From positions 32,001 through 96,000 of IMG/VR virus record IMGVR_UViG_3300045988_151707: a stretch of DNA of 64,000 nt. One strand, given 5' to 3'. Source of the DNA: a virus. The notes beneath the pieces are model-generated. The model did not search any database and had not been told where the DNA came from. It saw only the letters and a list, made by a program, of their open reading frames with translations. Positions 1-11,100 of the stretch are shown piece after piece (the stretch's first letter is position 1; each line of letters starts with the position of its first letter). The position numbers were made by a program, and so were the translations under genes.

Positions 1-78
1 CGTCTTCAAAAACAATTCTTGAGAATCCGTCCTGAATGCGTGTGTGCGCTTCCCATTGTCTTTCCAGCATGTATCCCA

Positions 79-459
79 TCACATTTCCTCCATTTGTTTC
101 TTGTACTCCTTATAAATAGATTCCAGCCCGCGAAGCTCTACTTCCGTGAAATCGAAGTTACGGAAATGCGCACGCAGCGCATGTTCGCCCATACCTCGTT
201 CTTTCATGAACTCGATAAATTCTCCCTTCTTTCTCACACCGGAAAAGAAGTCTTTCAGTTCCCCTTCGTAGTCAGGATCAAAATCTCTCAGGCATTTTTC
301 CACGCCTTCCGCCTCCCACCGGCGCACGCGGTTCAACCTGATCTTCTGGTACGCCGTGCTCATGCTCATTCCGTAATGTTCCACCAGGTAGCGGCTAAAT
401 CCCAGCCGCATGGGGCTCAACTTTTTTTCGGATAATGCTTCAATGATGCTCATTTTCAT
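79..459 (-). CDS. small early regulator candidate (HTH-like; Cro/antirepressor position)
   Basis: 126-aa ORF. Operator O1 and a -7-like box (TACTTTG) lie immediately upstream on its strand, divergent from the 4xHTH gene. Confidence 0.45.
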   Translation of the reverse strand: MKMSIIEALSEKKLSPMRLGFSRYLVEHYGMSMSTAYQKIRLNRVRRWEAEGVEKCLRDFDPDYEGELKDFFSGVRKKGEFIEFMKERGMGEHALRAHFRNFDFTEVELRGLESIYKEYKKQMEEM

Positions 460-531
460 ACTTCTGATATATATTGTCGTTTCTCGCTTTTGCGGTTTCG
501 GTCGTTTTTTGTTATTTTTACCCTACAAAGT

Positions 532-566
532 AACAATTTTAATTTGACAATCGCATTATAATTGTT
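532..566 (-). promoter_or_regulatory. operator O1 (AACAATTTTAA-N-ATAATTGTT inverted repeat), oriented toward the 79-459 gene; extra half-site AACAATTTTAAA at 575-586
   Basis: Its reverse complement matches O2 (32455-32488) in the first 18 nt (17/18) and the last 10 nt (10/10). It is followed directly by TACTTTG. Confidence 0.6.
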
Positions 567-596
567 ACGGAAATAACAATTTTAAACTGATTTTTT

Positions 597-1886
597 ATGT
601 ACTATTTCAATTCTTTCCTGTTCAATAATCTTCCCAAGCTCTTCGGTCTGAGCGAAAAAGGCGTGTCGGAGAAGGTGTACGGAAAATCATACATGTATAA
701 AAGAAAGGTTGATAATCAAGACAATATACTCGTGCATGACATCGTAATGGTGTGCAACACATTCCACATAAGCCTGTCAAACTTCATTATGTCGGCTCCT
801 CCTGAAAATTTACTCGGAAATCGCTTCAAATATGTCATACCGGATGAAGATTTTAAAGAGGTAAGATTCATACCCGAAAACTTGCGCTGGCTCTACGGTC
901 CGCAGGGACTTACCAAAATTCCTTCGCTTGCTGAATTTTCGCGTCAGAGCGGAATATCAGTCACCAGTATCGTAAGGTGGCAGAATCCGAAGATAGGAGG
1001 GTGTACGGTTAACTGGCTTATCGGAATATGCAACCGTTTCGGAATCGACATAGACGTGTTCATGGAAGACGAGAATGAGAAGCTTGAAAAGTACGCGGCC
1101 ACCGAGACGGAAATATCGCCGCGCGTGTGGCAGGAAATTTCGGAACTCAAAGAGGCTATAAGGCAATACCGGCAGGAACGAATCTCACTTCTGGATGAAA
1201 ACCGCAAGCTGAAAGCAAGAATCAAGGAAACGGAGCTTGTGGCAGAAGAAAGCACCGAATATACCTACGCAGACAGGAAAGTCAGGGAATGGAAGGCTAA
1301 CTGGGGACTGCTGGAGAACTTTCATATCGTCGTGGGAGTGTCCAGACGAAAAGTGATTCAGGATGCCGGCATGCAGAATTTCAGCGAACTCTTTATTGAA
1401 GGAAACATGCTGATTACCTCGCTGGTGAAACTTTGCAACAAATACCATATCAGCACAAGACACATATTCTATCGGGATAACGGCATTGTTCCGGAAGTAA
1501 ATGTGTACGACTATTACCGGTCGGACAACTGGAAGACGGTAGTTTTCCATCCGGAATATGTGAATGATTTTTTCGGGAAGGAGAGCGTGACGGGTATAAA
1601 CCGCTCGGAACTGCTGTCACGCATGGAAGTGGGCGAATGGAAACTTCGTGCATGGCGAAAAGAAAACAGCACCATGCGCATAAAAGACATGCTGGAGATA
1701 TGCAACCGGCTGGAAGTAAGTCCTTACTACCTTATTTCTGACCACAACCGGATGGACCTTTCCAGCGGGATGACCAGTGCGGAAATCCTGCTGGAAGAGA
1801 ACCGTATGCTCCGCCAGCAGGTTATCCGGTTGAAAGAAAAACTACAGAAGAAAAACGGAGAAGGATTCCTTCCGTTAGACGAATGA
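597..1886 (+). CDS. four-fold XRE-type HTH repeat protein with two coiled-coil segments; candidate master repressor
   Basis: Four recognition-helix-like modules: VMVCNTFHISLSNFI, LIGICNRFGIDIDVFM, LVKLCNKYHISTRHIF and MLEICNRLEVSPYYLI. They are arranged as (2 HTH + heptad-rich helix) x2. The gene sits next to operator O1. Confidence 0.5.
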   Translation: MYYFNSFLFNNLPKLFGLSEKGVSEKVYGKSYMYKRKVDNQDNILVHDIVMVCNTFHISLSNFIMSAPPENLLGNRFKYVIPDEDFKEVRFIPENLRWLYGPQGLTKIPSLAEFSRQSGISVTSIVRWQNPKIGGCTVNWLIGICNRFGIDIDVFMEDENEKLEKYAATETEISPRVWQEISELKEAIRQYRQERISLLDENRKLKARIKETELVAEESTEYTYADRKVREWKANWGLLENFHIVVGVSRRKVIQDAGMQNFSELFIEGNMLITSLVKLCNKYHISTRHIFYRDNGIVPEVNVYDYYRSDNWKTVVFHPEYVNDFFGKESVTGINRSELLSRMEVGEWKLRAWRKENSTMRIKDMLEICNRLEVSPYYLISDHNRMDLSSGMTSAEILLEENRMLRQQVIRLKEKLQKKNGEGFLPLDE

Positions 1887-2996
1887 GTTCATAGTACTTC
1901 CTGAGAATCCATACCGCACACTGAAATTCACGGACAGCATACCGGGTTTAGCGCGGTCATAAAGTTCGTTCGTCTCTTCGGGTATGATAGTGACGGGTAT
2001 GTATGTGCCGTTATCGTACATCCATGCCTTTCGCGTCACCACAAATTCCGTGAGCCACCACTCGGCCCACTCCCTGTTTACGAATCCGCTGCTCATGGAA
2101 AAAGTTCCTGAAGGTGCCTGTGCATAGCTGGCAGTGCGCGTGGTAGCACGGTAGGAAATGTCAGCAGGCAGCGTGTAGAGTTCACTCTGTATGTCATATT
2201 CCAGCGCATCTCTTGTAAAAGCGACTACGCTTTCCATCAGCCCGAATCCGTTAAGGAATATGAAGTGACGCATGAGCGGGTTTGTCTTTACCGCATAGCG
2301 CTTCTTCCCGGTTTCAAATCCGGTGTTCACTGTAAGCTCACCTTCTTTCAGGAGTAACGTACTTATGACAAGCGAATCGGGAACCAGCGCACCACGGGTA
2401 TAATCGGAATATTCTTTCGATTCTTCTCCCTGCACTACGCTGTAGGTAATGGTATCCGATCGGGTACTTACCGCAGGAATACACAGTATCCATCCCAATG
2501 GAACAATATCTCCCTCCGGTTTACGGCTCAAGATACGTCCCTCACCTAAAATCTCTGTGGTATCTACATTGGATGTAGTAAGGCGTTCAAACTCCGTGAG
2601 CCTTCCGGGTATGGCATTGTACTGCTCAGAAGTGGTTTCACCTTCTTCTATCTCTACCATCCCGTCAAGATACGATTCCTTGTAGGTAATGGTGTATCGT
2701 GCAGCATATATCATCTGTGAAAGGGTCTGCGTTCCGTTCACATCAAACGTCATCTTTCGTGACAGCGCAGTTTTTATGGTTTCTCCAATATTGAAAACGG
2801 CTATCCCGTCAGATCCTACCTCAAATGAGTAACTTTCTGAATAAGGGAACTCTTCAGATCCGGCAAATGCGGTGGCATTGACCGTAATCTTTATGCGGAG
2901 AAAAGTTTTTCCGCTCAGCGTGGTTTTTGCCTTAACCACTATGGGGTCGCCTGCAAATGCTATCTGTGGCGGCTGCTGTAATACCTGTATTGCCAT
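1875..2996 (-). CDS. tail/baseplate structural protein (assigned by position only)
   Basis: 373-aa ORF, the last gene of the tape-measure operon. No recognisable motif. Confidence 0.4.
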   Translation of the reverse strand: MAIQVLQQPPQIAFAGDPIVVKAKTTLSGKTFLRIKITVNATAFAGSEEFPYSESYSFEVGSDGIAVFNIGETIKTALSRKMTFDVNGTQTLSQMIYAARYTITYKESYLDGMVEIEEGETTSEQYNAIPGRLTEFERLTTSNVDTTEILGEGRILSRKPEGDIVPLGWILCIPAVSTRSDTITYSVVQGEESKEYSDYTRGALVPDSLVISTLLLKEGELTVNTGFETGKKRYAVKTNPLMRHFIFLNGFGLMESVVAFTRDALEYDIQSELYTLPADISYRATTRTASYAQAPSGTFSMSSGFVNREWAEWWLTEFVVTRKAWMYDNGTYIPVTIIPEETNELYDRAKPGMLSVNFSVRYGFSGSTMNSFV

Positions 2997-3010
2997 GTTT
3001 TATTTCTTCA

Positions 3011-5143
3011 TTAAATGGTATATAGTTCGATTGTCACCTCCGTAATCCCGCTACGGTCAATGCTGTAGGATAACTTATTGATGAATCCCACATAGTTACC
3101 TATCTGGTAGCGCTTGAGCATATCCAGTCCTGCAATCTGCGATATGGTCATTCTTACTGTCAGTATCACGGTCTTCCGGTTGTAAAGGAAGTAAAGATAC
3201 TCCGAAAGGAATTTTGACACCAGCCCACGGTCCTGGTATGCCTGAGAAGCGGGATACTTGTCTTTCCCGGCCACCAGCTTGAGCGAGAATCGTCCGGACT
3301 GGTCTACTCCACCCTGCTCAGTGCCGTTGTAATCAAAGAACCGTCCAAAGTTATCGCAGCTGTCGGCTGTAAAAGCACTGTTGGCTACCGTCTGCACCCA
3401 CGAATCGTTCCCCTCGCCGTCGTAGTTTTCGGTGTAGTCTATCCCTGATTCGCTACCGGGTCCTCGCATGATTCCAAGACAATAGCCGGCATCGTAAGTA
3501 CGCATAGGTGATTCTTCTGCCGATTCTGTGTCATAGTTTTCATCAGAAAGATAACTCAGCGTTATCTCATGCTTGTATCGAAGCATTTTTGAATAATCCA
3601 AGAATCCTGTTATAAATGGTATAAGGCTTTTTTCTACCTTTCTTTCCGACAAAAGTTCCTGATCGGCAAATACTGCGAGAATCTGTTCGCCCTGTTTGCC
3701 TGAAAATGCTTCCTCAACAACAGTTGATCCGTTAACGTCATTAATCATTACAGGAGAAAAATTAATGGATATTTCATCCTCATCTTCTTCTGTTGAAGTC
3801 CCACCAATTAAATAATCCCTAAATCCTCCGACTTCAAACAAAGAAGGATTACCACCCGTATTCTTATCTACTTTAATGCGATATGAGTTTCCAGTAAGTT
3901 TATCCTGATAGCATGTGGTGTCATTGGAAGCCTGACCCTGTTGAAGAATTTCCAAATAATTATTCTTTTCCTTCACATTAGAATAATTATCGTAATTGAA
4001 TGTGGTATCATCTTCCTGCCCGTATGTAAGACGTCTGGTCTTTTCTTTTGATTTTTTCAACTGCATTCCCACTATTTCCACATCAAGAATGGATATTTCA
4101 TTCGATTTCAAAATATCTTTTATATATATGACATCCATCGTATTTTTTGCACTGTCGTACAAGAATCTCACACCAAAAGCGTTCTGAAGATCATCTATCA
4201 AATCTTCCATTGATACATCAGGAATATTCTCATTTGTAGCATATACGTTTCTTGCTTTGTAAGAGAAATTCTGAGTTAGGAATGTCGCAATTGTTCTGTA
4301 TGAATTAAGGCCTGGAATTTTCTGATACTTTAAATCATAGTGAAGGGAGAATGAAGAGCCCATAAAGTTATTCATCATAATATCATTCCAAGAAACAGAA
4401 AACTCCTCACCTTTTGCTTCTGTATGACACTGAGTGCTAAAAAAGGCAAGTCTGCACATATCTTCCATGGTAGATAAATCATTCTTTTGAACTGCAATAT
4501 TCAGATACTTGAAAAAGCAGTCAAGAATATACATTACATAAAAGCATACTCCACTGTAAGGCCTTCTCGGCTCTAAAATATTATAATTGCCTGCGTCGTT
4601 TGGAGTACAAACACGCGCATTGCAGTAGGGTTTTATTGGATACGGGTCTGATTCATTGCTTTCCGTATAATTCATAATCCCATCTCCTAGGTATATAGTT
4701 ATAAACATATTATTGTTCTGATTCTGATACGTTACACCAGCAGACTCTACCCTATACCCCAGCTTTATCTCCCTGTCGAGCGGAATATCCCTTGCATTCA
4801 TTCCTTCTATACGGTCCATGAAATCACTGTTACCGGAAATGAATGTGACCGGAAGTGTATCTTCAAACTCCACTTCATCGTCTGTTTCTATCACACCACG
4901 GTATATCATTATGCCGTCCACCCAAAGCTCTGCGGTCATACGGTCAATGTCCTTCAGGTTAATGTCTCCCCAAGGATCGGCAATGTTCTTGAAAATTTCG
5001 CGGTTGGGTTCCAGCGGAATTTCGAAAGGGAACGAGAATGTTCCCTGGTCATTGAAAAGCGGGTTCGACTGCTCCAGTGTAATGGAAAAATCTTCCGACA
5101 GCTTTACCCACTGGCTGTTAATCTTTATCTGTAGTCCTTTCAT
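3011..5143 (-). CDS. large distal-tail / tail-tip structural protein (by position)
   Basis: 710-aa ORF starting 8 nt after the tape-measure stop. The central third (about 3540-4700) is visibly more AT-rich than its flanks. Confidence 0.45.
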   Translation of the reverse strand: MKGLQIKINSQWVKLSEDFSITLEQSNPLFNDQGTFSFPFEIPLEPNREIFKNIADPWGDINLKDIDRMTAELWVDGIMIYRGVIETDDEVEFEDTLPVTFISGNSDFMDRIEGMNARDIPLDREIKLGYRVESAGVTYQNQNNNMFITIYLGDGIMNYTESNESDPYPIKPYCNARVCTPNDAGNYNILEPRRPYSGVCFYVMYILDCFFKYLNIAVQKNDLSTMEDMCRLAFFSTQCHTEAKGEEFSVSWNDIMMNNFMGSSFSLHYDLKYQKIPGLNSYRTIATFLTQNFSYKARNVYATNENIPDVSMEDLIDDLQNAFGVRFLYDSAKNTMDVIYIKDILKSNEISILDVEIVGMQLKKSKEKTRRLTYGQEDDTTFNYDNYSNVKEKNNYLEILQQGQASNDTTCYQDKLTGNSYRIKVDKNTGGNPSLFEVGGFRDYLIGGTSTEEDEDEISINFSPVMINDVNGSTVVEEAFSGKQGEQILAVFADQELLSERKVEKSLIPFITGFLDYSKMLRYKHEITLSYLSDENYDTESAEESPMRTYDAGYCLGIMRGPGSESGIDYTENYDGEGNDSWVQTVANSAFTADSCDNFGRFFDYNGTEQGGVDQSGRFSLKLVAGKDKYPASQAYQDRGLVSKFLSEYLYFLYNRKTVILTVRMTISQIAGLDMLKRYQIGNYVGFINKLSYSIDRSGITEVTIELYTI

Positions 5144-5150
5144 CGTGTCA

Positions 5151-8100
5151 TTATTTTATCAGTCCGCGTTTGGTCATAAAATTGCTGGCTTTGTTCAACT
5201 GGTTTACCGCACCCTTGCTCCCGTATGGGTCTACAGCGGCTCTAATCGGCTTGCTCAGACGCTCGTTCAGTGTGGAAAGCGCTTCGGCCACACTCCCGAG
5301 CATTTGTGTCATCTGCTCGTTCTGCATGGTCATATCCGTAGCTCCGGATGCTACCTGTGTAATCTGTGCCGGCATGGAAGGATAGTTCCCGCTGGCAAAT
5401 GTAGGCATGGCGGCCGATTTGAGCTGCCCGTGCCGCGCAATGGTAAGAATACTGTCGTAGATGTGCGGATAGTTCAGAATAAGCTTCTGTGTAGTATCGC
5501 CGTCCACAATCATTTCAGGCTTCTTTTCAGAGAAAATACCGAAATGCGCACCTCCGCCGTACACGCCCGTCTTCAGTTCCTTCTGGTAGCGTGCGTTGTA
5601 TATCTGTCCGTCGTTCCCAAGTACCGGATAGTCACCCTCTGCGTAGGTAAGCATTCCGGCTGCTACACGGCCCTTGCTGCTGCTTACTCCGGTGGCAGCT
5701 GCCACATCCTGCTTTGCCTTGTTTAGCTTACCCATGGCAAGGCCCATCAGAGCGGAAAGTGCCGCACTGATAACTGCAATCAATGGGATACCCCACCATC
5801 CTAGGTCTCCGATTGTTTTTGCTGATCCCCTCGCAATACCAGAAGTTACATCTCCTGTAGTCTTTGCCCCTTCTACTGTCATATCCGTAATGGCCTGCGA
5901 CCCATGAATAGCTGTAACAGTAGCACTTGTAGCCGCTTCCTGTGTTACTTCCTGGTCTCCAAGAGTCTTCTTCATCAACAACTCGGTTATTTTTTGCATA
6001 ATCAAGTCTTTGGTGAGTTTCATCGCTGTTTGGAGTAACATTTTTGCAGCTTGCTTACGGTCGTCCACTTCGGCAAATGCAGCTTCTCCCATCTGCTCAC
6101 TGAAATCTACTACTGCATCGGTGTAGTTTTTCAATGTGCCCAACTTGCTTTCTGTTATTTCCAGTTCCTTGGAAGATTGTTCCTCCCTTGCGGCTATGTA
6201 GTTGTCGTAAGCCTCCTTTTGCGCCATGAGGAAAGATTCTTCTGCCTGCTGTTGCGTAGCGCCGGAAGCAATGGCCTGCTGTATCAGTTCTTTCTTACGG
6301 CTTTCAAACTGCTCATAATACTGCGCTGCCGCTTCCAATTTTATTCGCAGCGCTTCCAGTTCGGCATTGTCCGTGTCGGAAGTACCAAGGAAGGAACTTT
6401 GAGTAGATGCCAGTCCCAGATTACCGGCTGCACCCATCAGCTCACTCTGATCGTCAGCACCTTTTATCCGGTCCTCCCAAAGTTTCTGGTTTCCGCTGGT
6501 TTCCCACTGCACGTCTATCATTTCCTTTATGTCCTTTGCATACTTCTCGGCAGCGGCCTTGGAATCCTGATAGAAATCACGCAGCTTTTTCAGCATGAGC
6601 GACATCTGCTCCGGGCTCATGCTTTCGGCCCATACCGCGTCAATGTTGCTAAGATAAGTGCGCAACTCGTCTTCGTTCAGGCTGTAAGCATCTTCCGACA
6701 GAGAAACAAGGGCATTAATTCTTTCCTTCACTGCACTCTCGTCAATCACTCCGCTAAATCCCAGACTCATACGGAACTCTTTCTCCGCATCGGTATTCAG
6801 CAGACGAAGTTTGTCGAGCGACTCCTCAAACTGGTTGACAAGGCTTTCAAACGGGTTGTATTTAAGCAGCTCCTTCTCGATAGTCTGACGGTATTTCACT
6901 GCCATGTTCTGTACTTCGAGCAGGTCTTTTTCAAGGTTCTTACGTAAGCCGTCGGTCTGACGTTCGCCCAGCTTCTTAATCAATGCAGCGGTAGATTCCA
7001 GGTTCTTACCTTCCATCCCGTATAAATTCTGATTGAAGGTGTTCTCCTCGCCCAACAGCTTTTTACGAAGCTCCACACGTGCCAGCAGATGTTCTTCCTC
7101 GGTCGCGTCAATCTGACGGTTCATCTCCTCAGTAGTTATCTGTTCATCGAGATATGCCTGACGGATAGCCTGCTGACGGCGGAGGAAGTAAGCTTCGAGC
7201 GCAGACATGGCCGCACTGATTTCATCATTCATTTCCTTCTGCTCACCACGTGTGCCTGACTTACGTACTTTTAGCCAGTTACCGCTTGTGTCGCGTCCCC
7301 ATTTCTCAGCCAGCACCTTGGCCACATCCTGCTCCATCTTTTTCAGCGCCTCGTATTCTTCCTTAGCCGACTTGAATCCACGGGCAGCGAAGGTGTCTGC
7401 ATAGTCCTTGTCCTCATTAATGCTCTTCATCATGGCCTCCAGCTTTTTGTAGGTAGCTACCAGCTTGTCTACTCCGGCTGTTTCCAGCGATACCCCCTGC
7501 CCCCATACAGACTCCAGTCCGATGGCCTTAATACGTTTTTCCACCTGACTGATGTTATTCTGATACACACCAAGCTGACGGTTCTTTTCAGCAAGTTCGG
7601 CTGTTTCTGCCTTGGTGAGCTTCTCTCCTTTCTCACGCTTCGCGTTCAATTCGTCCACATCTTCACGAAGACGCTGTACGTAAGTAGTGGCCTGCTGCAG
7701 ATAGGTATTCAGTTCAGGCAGGTCGGACGAAGAAAGAATGCCCTGGTTGGACTTACGGAGGTCTTGCAACATAAGCTCTTCGGTCTTGCTCTCGGCAGCA
7801 CGCTGCGTACTTTCAAGGAAAGTCTGAGTCTGTCCGGCTTCCTTCCGGATGTTTTTCAGGATGTTCATCAGTTTTAAAGCGTCGGAACTGAATGGGAGCT
7901 GCTTTATGTTCTTGTCATATTTCTCCATAAAGCCATCCAGCGCGTCGTACAGATTACCTCCTTCCTCCACTACCTTATTCATCCCGTCCATGATACGGGC
8001 CATGGCATCGCCGGCGTTGGTCTCTCCGACGTTTTCCATTTTGTTCAGCGAAGCAATAATCTTCGACTGTAGTTCCTGAATCTGGTCGGTGTATTTGTCG

Positions 8101-11100
8101 GCAATGTTTTCCATCATCTTGTCGCGCATCTTCAGCGCCAGCGTTTCACGAAGGCGGGCATTAATCAGGCTGTAAATGTATTCCTGCTTCTCGGCATAGT
8201 TGTTTTCAGTGACCATAAATCCCAGATAGGCCCCATACTTGTCATTCAGCTGCTTAATCAGTGCCGCACGCTCTCCGTTCGATACATTTGCCTTGTCAAT
8301 CGCATATTTCAGGTTGGAAAGTTCAAATGTTTCCTTCTGTATGGCTGCTTCAAATTCCGACTGTGCCTTTGTTGCTTCGTCTACTGATTTCTTGAAATAA
8401 GTAACGGCAGAGGTCAGCGCAGTAAATCCTAATACAACCCATCCTAATGGATTTGACATCATAGCCTTTGAAAGCGACTGCCAGGCTATTTTGAATATGT
8501 TCACAGAGGCTGTGCCACTTTTCACCATCTTCGTAAACAGCACAATGTTTGCACTCGCTTTCTGCACAGCAGAAGACGTGGCAATCATCACTCCTACCAG
8601 CACCTGAAGAGCTACTGCGGTCAGACGGATTGAAGTCTCTCCGCGTTCAAACCGGTTGGGAATGCTCGAAATATAGCGAAGCACATCAGTTAGCCATTCC
8701 ACAAATCCGCTGTTGATAAACGATTCCTTGATGGCGTTCCCCATACGCTGCATGATGGCCATTGCGTTTTCGTTCTTGATGTTGTATTCATCCGTCACGC
8801 TGGTAGCCTCCTTAAACGCACGGGAAGAAGTGAATACCTGCGCCTTCAGCTCGTCTACGCCGGAAGAAAGGGTAACGAGCACCTGCTTGATACGCTTGCC
8901 ATCGCTACCGAGGTCTTTCATAATCGGAGCCAGCACATCCAGTCCGCCCATAGCATTCATTTTCTCGAATACAGCGATTACGGCCTGAATGGTTTTACCC
9001 TGTTCAATCAAGTTTTTCAAGTAATCATCGCTCAGTCCCACAGCCTGCGCCACCTCGGTGGTGTTACTGGTAAGTGTAGAGATAAAGGTGTTCAAAGCCG
9101 TACCACCCATTTCGGCGTGCTGACCAAGCGCGTCGAGTGTGCCGGCCAGCGCAATCAGGTCGGACATGGAAAGTCCTGCCGCTTCTCCGATAGCTCCGAT
9201 ACGGTTTACTACATCGACAATCGGACCGGCAGAAGCACGGCTGGTCTGAGATATTTCGTTGATAGCAGAACCGGTGGCGAGCAAGGCTTTTTCCACTCCG
9301 AGCTTCTGTGTCTCACCCAGAATGGCATTCACCTTCATCAGCTGACGTACCGCTTCAGCTCCTCCTAAATCTTCTCCCAATGCTACGAGCAACTGATTAC
9401 CTGCCTTCACGAATCCCAACACATCTTCTTTGGCAGAAATTCCTAACTTACCGGCTTCGTATGCCAGGTCGTGAAGTTCCTGCTGTGCGGTACGGGTGTC
9501 GATACTGTCAATTTCACGGCTTAGCTCGGCTACTGACTCAGTGGAAAGCCCGGTGGTCTTCTCGATGTCGGCCAGACTGTCGCTCAGCTGCAAGTTAGCC
9601 TGATACAACTGCTTGATACGTCCTACCACCTCATTGAATCCGGCATATACCAGCACATAACTTGTCAAACGCTTGATGGTAGCTACAATCTGGTTATCGT
9701 GTTCCTGCCAGCTTCGCTTCACTTCATTAATCTGCTCGTTTACCCGACGCAGATTCATTGAAGCTTCCATGTATTCGCGCGTGTCACGCTCAGCTTCCGA
9801 AAGTTCTTGCTGAAGCTGCGCCGCAGCCTTTTGCAAATCTTCCAGTGGAGCGGTTTTAAGTGTAAGAATCACTTTGTTAAGTTCTTCTGCACTTAATACG
9901 GAACTTTTCTGTTTCTTCTCAATCGTGCTCAGCGCATCTTCAATTTTTTTCAAGCCTTTTGTATCGCTTACTTCAAGCTTCTTTTTATACTCTTCGAGCG
10001 ATTTTTTCAGCTTCTCAAGGTCTTCGTATGTACCGTCGAACGTACCTTGACCAACCGTTTCAGCTTTATCAAGCGCATCTTCCAGTGAAGTAAATTCGGC
10101 AGATGATTGTTTCAGTTTCTCATTAAGTGAATTGATGGCCGATTCTACCTCCTTTACTCCCTTTGTGTCGCTTGTCTTTAGCTGCTGCTTGTATTGTTCA
10201 AGCAACTTGATGGCTTCTTTTGTCTGGGCTATTGTGCCATCGAATGTGCCGGTCTGTACTTTCCCTAGTGTGGTTTGAGCACGATTGGAAATGCGGTTCT
10301 GCTCTTCCTTGATAACCGCTTCCAAATTTTGCTGGTATTGCTGTAGTTTCTGTGAAGAAAGTTCTGCCCCATCCACCTGCTCCTGCCAGAACTTTTTCAG
10401 TTCAGCCAGTGAGGATGTGCTGGCATTCCCAATATTCTTCATGCGCTCTGCAATAGCCGCATTTTTACTTGTATTCTCAAAATCAGAAAGATACTTCTTA
10501 GCTCGCTCAATGTACTGATTATATATATCCCATTGCTTTGAACCAAGTTCTGTCGCATCACGAAGTTGGGTTGTTGCCTTAATTGCATCCTGAATCTCAG
10601 TAAGGCTACTTCCACTTAAATTACTGAATACACTGACTGCGCTTTTAGCCGAGCGTTTCTTCTCTTCATCCAAAACCTGTTTAAGCTTTGATTCGTATTC
10701 AGCAAGTTCCTGACTTCCACGCTGCGCACCGTTTACCTGCTCCTGCCAGTATTTTTTCAGCTCGGCCAGGGATGATTCACTGGCTTTCCCCAATTCTTTC
10801 ATCCTATCGGACATGGCAATCTGCTTTGTCAGGCTGTTGAAATCCGACAAATACTTCTGCGCACGCTGTATTTCATCATTGTAAATCTCCCACTCCTGTC
10901 CGCCAAGCTTCTGAACATCACGAAGCTTTGTTGTCACATTAATGGCTTCCTGGATTTCCGCGACACTGCTGCCATCCAGATTACCCATTACACGACCAGC
11001 CTTTGAACTGATACGACGTTGTTCCTCGTCCTCCACCTTTTTCAGCTGTTCACGGTAGGTCTGAATCTCTTTTGTATTTTTCTGAGTGGTAGAAATAAGT

